Below, piece after piece: positions 36,137 through 41,099 of a stretch of DNA of 41,099 nt. The number at the start of each line of letters is the position of its first letter. The stretch's first letter is position 1. The DNA is from a virus. Taxonomy: Duplodnaviria; Caudoviricetes. The notes under the pieces were generated by a model. It made no database searches, had not been told where the DNA came from, and saw nothing but the letters and a program-made list of their open reading frames with translations. The stretch is taken from positions 1 through 41,099 of IMG/VR virus record IMGVR_UViG_3300024331_000005; one strand, given 5' to 3'. The translations under genes and the position numbers were made by a program.

Positions 36137-36408
36137 ACGGGAAAATCGAAGTGGGGTGTTGGGCGGTGATTTATAAACCGTTTCCTTGCTGCGGAACGCG
36201 TCCGAAAGAATTCGGCATTCCTTTTATTGTTGAAGCGATTGATTCTGGTATTCCAATTAAATGTGATTGCCCCAGAGTTTGGCCCGCTTCCACGGTATAT
36301 GCGCTAGCCCCAAAGTTCAACATGGCCGCGCCATTGGAAATTATTAAGCGCATCGACCCTCCCGCCGAATCCGAGGAGCGGGAGACTGAAAGGGAGTTAG
36401 CGGAATGA
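36133..36408 (+). CDS. Hypothetical protein
   Basis: GGAGG RBS before ATG 36133. Confidence 0.65.
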   Translation: MNGKIEVGCWAVIYKPFPCCGTRPKEFGIPFIVEAIDSGIPIKCDCPRVWPASTVYALAPKFNMAAPLEIIKRIDPPAESEERETERELAE

Positions 36409-36773
36409 TGCGCGTACCTAATCAATTTCGCATTCGTGATGGTGCTTTTGCATCAACGGAGGCGGACGGCAATAACGGTGCATTTATGCCAACTCTGCGT
36501 CACAAGCAACTTGTGCGCGTCATTGCAAGCGACGGAGCCGGATGGGAGCATGTTTCAGTTTCCCGCAGTGATCGCACGCCGACTTGGGATGAAATGTGTC
36601 AAGTGAAAGATTTGTTTTGGGATGAAACCGATACCGTAATTCAGTATCACCCAGCCAAAACTGACTACGTTAACAATCACCAGTTTTGCTTGCATATGTG
36701 GCGTCCGACAGAAGTTTTAATTCCTGTTCCACCGAGCATTTTAGTTGGAGTGAAAGGGCTAAGATTAAAATGA
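36405..36773 (+). CDS. Conserved phage protein (GWEHVSVS/PTW.EM..VK..F family)
   Basis: GWEHVSVS..R.PTWDEMC.VK.LFW..YVN.H..CLH.W. Confidence 0.8.
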   Translation: MMRVPNQFRIRDGAFASTEADGNNGAFMPTLRHKQLVRVIASDGAGWEHVSVSRSDRTPTWDEMCQVKDLFWDETDTVIQYHPAKTDYVNNHQFCLHMWRPTEVLIPVPPSILVGVKGLRLK

Positions 36774-36946
36774 AAACCGATTCCGAATGGCGCTACTGGT
36801 TCAAGTCGTACTTTCAGGACGAGAATCCGCATGCATGGGCAGATGAGAACAGGCGCGAGTTAATTGATGCAGCTTGGGAAATCGCCGCCGCCCTAGCATT
36901 CGTCGGCTTCGTCCTCTGGCTGTCTTACTGGCCGCATGGGGCGTGA
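36770..36946 (+). CDS. Small membrane protein
   Basis: Start MKTDSE; C-terminal TM segment. Confidence 0.55.
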   Translation: MKTDSEWRYWFKSYFQDENPHAWADENRRELIDAAWEIAAALAFVGFVLWLSYWPHGA

Positions 36947-36947
36947 G

Positions 36948-37115
36948 ATGGGAGACGCAATTTTTTGGCTAGAAATAGCAAAAGGATTTGGGATGGTCTT
37001 TGCTGGCGTATTTTCATTCTATGCAGCAGTGACAGGTATGTTTGACGACGATGAGCCGATCAAACCAATATACGGCTCACGCAAAATGGAAAAAGTTCGA
37101 TATGTCGAACACTAA
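36948..37115 (+). CDS. Small membrane protein (55 aa)
   Basis: Hand-read MGDAIFWLEIAKGFGMVFAGVFSFYAAV... Confidence 0.5.
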   Translation: MGDAIFWLEIAKGFGMVFAGVFSFYAAVTGMFDDDEPIKPIYGSRKMEKVRYVEH

Positions 37116-37172
37116 TAAACCCATCCGCAAGCGCGACCGCCGCAAAGCCCGCGAACGCAAACGGAATCCCTC

Positions 37173-37289
37173 ATGCTAGCCCGAATCCTCTGCTATTTCT
37201 TCGGACATCGCCCGCGCATGCTGCCTAGATTCGTTGACGGTAGGCCGGTGATGCGGTGCTGGAAGTGTGGGATTAGGTGGAAGTTATAA
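37173..37289 (+). CDS. Tiny C/H zinc-finger-like protein (38 aa)
   Basis: LC.FFGH...C.KCG pattern. Confidence 0.55.
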   Translation: MLARILCYFFGHRPRMLPRFVDGRPVMRCWKCGIRWKL

Positions 37290-37328
37290 TTTCAGGCACG
37301 CGCAGCCTTTGATGCGCAGGAGAAACAA

Positions 37329-37565
37329 GTGAAGAAAATCCGTATTTTGGACAAGACCGGCGACACCGAGATTGACTTCGATGATTCGGAAGTGACCGCA
37401 GAGGCGCGCGAACTGGCGCAGGCGGCATTTGAGAAGGCGCAGAAGGGTGGAACCGCCATCCTTACCAAACGGGCAGGCGGTGCGCCCGACAAGGTGATCC
37501 GCAGTTTCGGAGAAATCGAGGACCAGGCGGAGGCCATTTTCATTCCGGCGATTGTGGCGGGGTAA
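37329..37565 (+). CDS. Small protein with ubiquitin-like C-terminal tail (PAIVAG)
   Basis: AGGAG RBS; 78 aa; beta-beta-alpha-beta pattern; ends in a hydrophobic strand then P-x-x-x-A-G. Confidence 0.7.
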   Translation: MKKIRILDKTGDTEIDFDDSEVTAEARELAQAAFEKAQKGGTAILTKRAGGAPDKVIRSFGEIEDQAEAIFIPAIVAG

Positions 37566-37571
37566 GACTTC

Positions 37572-38231
37572 GTGTGGACGGGCGCTGTATTAGCCGCTCA
37601 AGCAGCCGTTGAGCATGAGCAAGGGCTGCGGCAGGCGCTCGCCAATCAGCAGGGGATACAGAATGCCGATCCATATGCGGCTTATCAAAATGCAGGTCAG
37701 GCAGCGAATGGACGACTAGGAGAACTATTAGGAATCAACGGAAATCCAGCGGATGTAGTTCGGATTGATACGCTATTCGGTTGGGCGATGCTTGCTCCGA
37801 TGGGTACTTTCATATCTGAAAACCCCGAAGCAAAAGCCAAGGCCGAAAAACTCCTCCTAGATCAACTAGACAAAGCACAGCGCGCCGAATACAAAGAATC
37901 GCAGCAATTCCACGTTAAATCCTGCAATGGGAAAATGTACAAGATTACCCGCAAGCGCAGTTTTAATGTTACCGGGCCGAAGGGTGAATGCTACTGCGGG
38001 CAGACGCCGGATACGCCGATTGAAGATCAAATGCTGGCGCAAAAGTTATTGCTTGAGCATGATCCGGAGAGGCTATTCAAAAATAGCAATAAATTGGCGG
38101 CGAATGGAATGTATGAAGCACTGATAAATGCGATTCCGACAATGTATGACGAAATTATTCGTCCAACGCCAGAACCTGACCCGCCACGTAGATTTAATTT
38201 CCCAATTAATCTGGTGCCGGGTCATGAGTGA
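37572..38231 (+). CDS. Partner protein: ejection-motif-like N-terminus plus Cys-containing domain
   Basis: A..LL...L...Q..EY.....F.V....G..Y.I.....NV....YC....P.ED.MLAQKL.LE.D...F...N. Confidence 0.7.
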   Translation: MWTGAVLAAQAAVEHEQGLRQALANQQGIQNADPYAAYQNAGQAANGRLGELLGINGNPADVVRIDTLFGWAMLAPMGTFISENPEAKAKAEKLLLDQLDKAQRAEYKESQQFHVKSCNGKMYKITRKRSFNVTGPKGECYCGQTPDTPIEDQMLAQKLLLEHDPERLFKNSNKLAANGMYEALINAIPTMYDEIIRPTPEPDPPRRFNFPINLVPGHE

Positions 38232-38232
38232 C

Positions 38233-38535
38233 TTACGCGCCCGACGCTGCTTGCTGCTGCGAATTGAACGAATCCGCCGCCGCCTTGATGGCGATAACGG
38301 TATTCACCAGAGCAGGCAGAGCGGCTTGTACGGCTTGCAGGTGGGCATCGGGCGGCGCATTCGCACCGGCAGCAGTAGCAGCGGCAGTAACCACGGCGCC
38401 GACTTGCTGCACTACGGCATCGGCTTTCGCAGCACCTTGAGCGGCATGGGGAAATGACGGCTCAAGCGCAACGATGGTCGAATGGATCATCGGGAAAAGC
38501 TGGGCAAACAGTTGCAGGATGGCGAGAAATTGCAT
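38233..38535 (-). CDS. Amphipathic Ala-rich protein, last gene of the lysis cassette
   Basis: MQFLAILQLFAQLFP..; AAAGG RBS; no lipobox. Confidence 0.7.
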   Translation of the reverse strand: MQFLAILQLFAQLFPMIHSTIVALEPSFPHAAQGAAKADAVVQQVGAVVTAAATAAGANAPPDAHLQAVQAALPALVNTVIAIKAAADSFNSQQQAASGA

Positions 38536-38537
38536 GA

Positions 38538-38798
38538 TTAACCTTTCGTGGGTTGTTTGGTGATGCGGGCGATAAAAGCCAAGAGAGCAAGCAGGGAATA
38601 TAGCCCATGCTCCGCTCTTGGAGATAAAACATCTTTCAGTTGCGGGACGAATTCTAGAGCCATTGGGGCCATAGCTGCGAGGCCGAGAAGCCAAGTCGAT
38701 AGCCATTTCCAACAGTAGCGAACGTCTGAAACGAACAATTTCAGGCCGGGAGAGGGTTGCGGGTCATCCTCTGGAATTACGGTTACTGGATCGGTCAT
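38538..38798 (-). CDS. Holin-like two-TM protein
   Basis: WKWLS.W, two TM segments, AR..KQ end; follows the endolysin. Confidence 0.75.
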   Translation of the reverse strand: MTDPVTVIPEDDPQPSPGLKLFVSDVRYCWKWLSTWLLGLAAMAPMALEFVPQLKDVLSPRAEHGLYSLLALLAFIARITKQPTKG

Positions 38799-39244
38799 GA
38801 TTCCTCCGGAGTCAGAAACAAAGCCTTTTCATCCGCGCGCCTAGCAGCAAGCCCGGCCATATGCTTTCCGGCTGCCATGTCCCAAACGAGAAATTGGGCA
38901 GCAGCGTCCGCATAGTGCCCGCCATTCAGCAGTCGCAGAAGCGTCGAATTCTGAAAATTCCGTACCCCGATGTTGTAAACCAGCGAGCATAGAGCGTCGA
39001 ACTGGTTTTGTGACAATGGAACCATAACCTCCTGCGTAACCGCCCTTGCAGCCCATTCAGAATCGGTTTGTAGGTCTTCTAGAGCCTTCTCCGTGGTCAC
39101 GGTATACCCTGGCACCACTTCCGGTCCCGTATGCCCGTATCCGACCGTCCAAGGCGCTCCGCCGGTAGCCGGATCAGGGTATGCCTCTAGCCGTAATCCT
39201 TCATGGTTGCCGATGAATGCTAGACCCTTGGCGGAAATGTTCAC
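38795..39244 (-). CDS. Endolysin, GH24 lysozyme
   Basis: HEG.RL.AYPD......WTVGYGHT (E-D-T catalytic motif), QFDAL.S..YN.G, GL..RR..E..LF; GTG start at 39244. Confidence 0.95.
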   Translation of the reverse strand: MNISAKGLAFIGNHEGLRLEAYPDPATGGAPWTVGYGHTGPEVVPGYTVTTEKALEDLQTDSEWAARAVTQEVMVPLSQNQFDALCSLVYNIGVRNFQNSTLLRLLNGGHYADAAAQFLVWDMAAGKHMAGLAARRADEKALFLTPEES

Positions 39245-39423
39245 TTGTGGTATCCGTTCACCCAAATCATGAAATAGGCAATTCCGCCCAATCCGGCAAC
39301 CATGATCCCGCCAAGCGACCATTTCCCTAGATCGGCAAACTTTTCGTTAAGCCATTCCTTGATGGCGAGCTTCATCTGCGCCTTTACATCTTCCGGCGTC
39401 ATTTCAGGCATCACTAGCACCAT
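39241..39423 (-). CDS. Single-TM holin/antiholin-like protein
   Basis: C-terminal TM segment; coupled to the lysozyme gene. Confidence 0.65.
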   Translation of the reverse strand: MVLVMPEMTPEDVKAQMKLAIKEWLNEKFADLGKWSLGGIMVAGLGGIAYFMIWVNGYHK

Positions 39424-39429
39424 AAACGA

Positions 39430-39578
39430 AAGTCCTAACCATGTGTGTAATCCCTAAAGGCTATTGCGACTCAATAGGGACTATGCCAACATCATCCCGC
39501 TGTCATTGCCAGCAGGGGCCTTTGTCCCGGTTCTTACCAACCGGGGGCGCGAGCAAAAGCTATGCTTGCGCGCCCTTT
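39430..39578 (-). ncRNA. Multi-hairpin leader upstream of the lysis genes
   Basis: At least four stems: GGGCGCG..CGCGCCC; CCCGGTT..AACCGGG; CCTGCTG..CAGCGGG; CTATTG..CAATAG. Confidence 0.4.
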
Positions 39579-39859
39579 TAATTCATCTGCGAAACAGGGC
39601 TAACAACTATCGCTTGCTGCGCCTGTCCATTCTCTACGCCAAACATGGACGACTGAATGGAAGCGATAATGCATTGCTTCACCTGAGCCGCCGTTACTGT
39701 GCCCTTCGTTGCTGCTACTGTCACGCCCAATCCTGGCCCGACAGCGAAGCACCAGTTTTGCAGCCGTGCATCTGTTGCCGCGTCCGTGTTGATTGTAGCC
39801 GTTCCTGCCGTTGCTGAAACCGTGAAAAATAACAGCACCAGTGCAATAACTTTCCGCAT
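39578..39859 (-). CDS. Small secreted protein (signal peptide, 2 Cys)
   Basis: MRKVIALVLLFFTVSATA-G; AAGGGG RBS. Confidence 0.8.
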   Translation of the reverse strand: MRKVIALVLLFFTVSATAGTATINTDAATDARLQNWCFAVGPGLGVTVAATKGTVTAAQVKQCIIASIQSSMFGVENGQAQQAIVVSPVSQMN

Positions 39860-39925
39860 GATTTATCCCCTTGGCATATGCTAGAATGGTAATGACTGGT
39901 TGTAAGGACTGGTCTTTGTTTCGCT

Positions 39926-39951
39926 AATGCCCGGCTGCTACCGGGCATTTT
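39926..39951. terminator. Hairpin AATGCCCGG-CTGCTA-CCGGGCATT with a short T-tract on the plus strand
   Basis: Perfect 9-bp stem. Confidence 0.55.
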
Positions 39952-40929
39952 CTATCTAACGCGTCGCAATCGTATGAATCCGTAAGTTGTGATATTGGCG
40001 CTCACCGTGAAGATAGGGGCTGCGACCATGAACACTGTGGACGTACCGGATAGGCTGATCCGTACAGTCGGCGTCAGGCGGCAATTTTCGCTAGTCGTTG
40101 TAGCGAGCGGGACCATCGCCGCAAATTGCTCAGTGCTGTATGTCCCGAGCGCGCCAAATGTATTCGTGGCCGTACTGATGCCCTGCTTGTAGACCGTAAA
40201 TGAGGTAGAGGCGGCGCTGATATAACAGGTAAGTCCCTGGACATCGTAATCGCCTGCCGTGACAGTCGCACCAGTGCTGACTACCGTAATCGGGGTGTTG
40301 CTGCTGGCGGTGACAACTGCGCCGGTAGAAGCAACGGAGAATTCTCGTTCCTCTCCCCATGATCCCGCCTGCGCGTTGTTGTTGGTAGTTGTCCCAACAA
40401 TACCGTTTATCTGCGCTGGTGTAAAAGTTGTCGCGCCAGACATTGAAACATTACCAAATAGCGTAATCGTGCTCGCAGACGAACGAATGGACTCGGCGCC
40501 CCCGGCAGTAAGGCTTACCTGATTTCCTGCTACAGAAAACAATCCCGTAGAAGCGCCGCCAATAGACAGGCTTGGAGCACCTACCGCACCGGACGGTAGC
40601 GTAAAAATATTATTTGCTATTGTCGCCCCCGCCGTACTCGCGCCTCCCGACGAAAAGCTAATCGTCGCCCCCGAGCTAATCGTCCCATTGCCATCCGTCG
40701 CCAAGTTCGTATTGCAGGTAAACGCGCCCGCCGAGGAGTAAATTAAGCCGCCAGCGGTGGAGCAGGTTGCGGTAGGGACTGATCCAGTACCAGAGCCGCC
40801 CGCCACCGCCCGCAGCGCCCCGTTCGCCTGATTCGGCGCAATGCCGATAACGGAGAGAGCGACTAGAAGGGCGGCGACGAATAGGCCGCTTAGATAGTTG
40901 CCGAGTTTGTCGGATTTGTGCGTGTTCAT
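39952..40929 (-). CDS. Tail fibre-like protein with N-terminal signal/TM segment
   Basis: LSGLFVAALLVALSVIGIAPNQANG leader; G/S/T-rich shaft; C-terminal GTTTNNNA.AG..GE...AGDYDV.G...YG.IR.RRVR domain seen in phage fibres. Confidence 0.75.
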   Translation of the reverse strand: MNTHKSDKLGNYLSGLFVAALLVALSVIGIAPNQANGALRAVAGGSGTGSVPTATCSTAGGLIYSSAGAFTCNTNLATDGNGTISSGATISFSSGGASTAGATIANNIFTLPSGAVGAPSLSIGGASTGLFSVAGNQVSLTAGGAESIRSSASTITLFGNVSMSGATTFTPAQINGIVGTTTNNNAQAGSWGEEREFSVASTGAVVTASSNTPITVVSTGATVTAGDYDVQGLTCYISAASTSFTVYKQGISTATNTFGALGTYSTEQFAAMVPLATTTSENCRLTPTVRISLSGTSTVFMVAAPIFTVSANITTYGFIRLRRVR

Positions 40930-41099
40930 TGTCCAGCCCCCGCAGTGCAACGGAATGTCGATCCGGTAGCCGAGGCGATCACGGAAACGGCCAATTGCGC
41001 CGGAAGCGTGAATACCTCAATCGTATTCGGCAACATTTCCATATTCGTGCCGATAACGGCAGCAGACGCGGCGGTTATCGTAGTGCCAAAACTGATCGT
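40926..41099 (-). CDS. Origin-spanning 130-aa protein, 3' part
   Basis: Same frame as 1..346 once the genome is circularised; TGA at 40926-40928. Confidence 0.85.
   Translation of the reverse strand, partial: TISFGTTITAASAAVIGTNMEMLPNTIEVFTLPAQLAVSVIASATGSTFRCTAGAGQ
40973..41099. repeat. Terminal direct repeat (circular contig overlap), copy 2
   Basis: Identical to 1-127. Confidence 0.95.

Overview
The window is an apparently complete, circularly assembled ~40,972-bp P22-like (podovirus-type) phage genome; bases 1-127 repeat exactly at 40973-41099. The minus-strand late arm encodes terS, terL, P22-type portal, scaffold, coat, head-tail proteins, a phage GroES, a 2OG-Fe(II) hydroxylase, a cupin, three ejection proteins, four consecutive tail-region proteins that all carry signal peptides, and a lysis cassette with no recognisable spanins. 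The early/middle regions encode a Cro-like regulator with no CI or integrase, a YqaJ exonuclease with a putative SSB/annealing partner, a VapE-type ATPase next to an iteron origin, a DNA methyltransferase, nucleases and many small ORFs. Four signals stand out. (1) A phage-encoded HMW1C/NGT-type (GT41) protein N-glycosyltransferase, with N-X-S/T sequons clustered in the coat insertion domain. (2) A block of apparently Sec-exported, mostly Cys-paired tailspike/fibre proteins, suggesting periplasmic maturation of adhesins. (3) A small protein with a ubiquitin-like C-terminal tail paired with a Cys-containing protein whose N-terminus resembles a motif of the phage's own ejection protein. (4) Several structured non-coding RNA candidates. 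All family calls come from motif recognition by eye; no searches were run.
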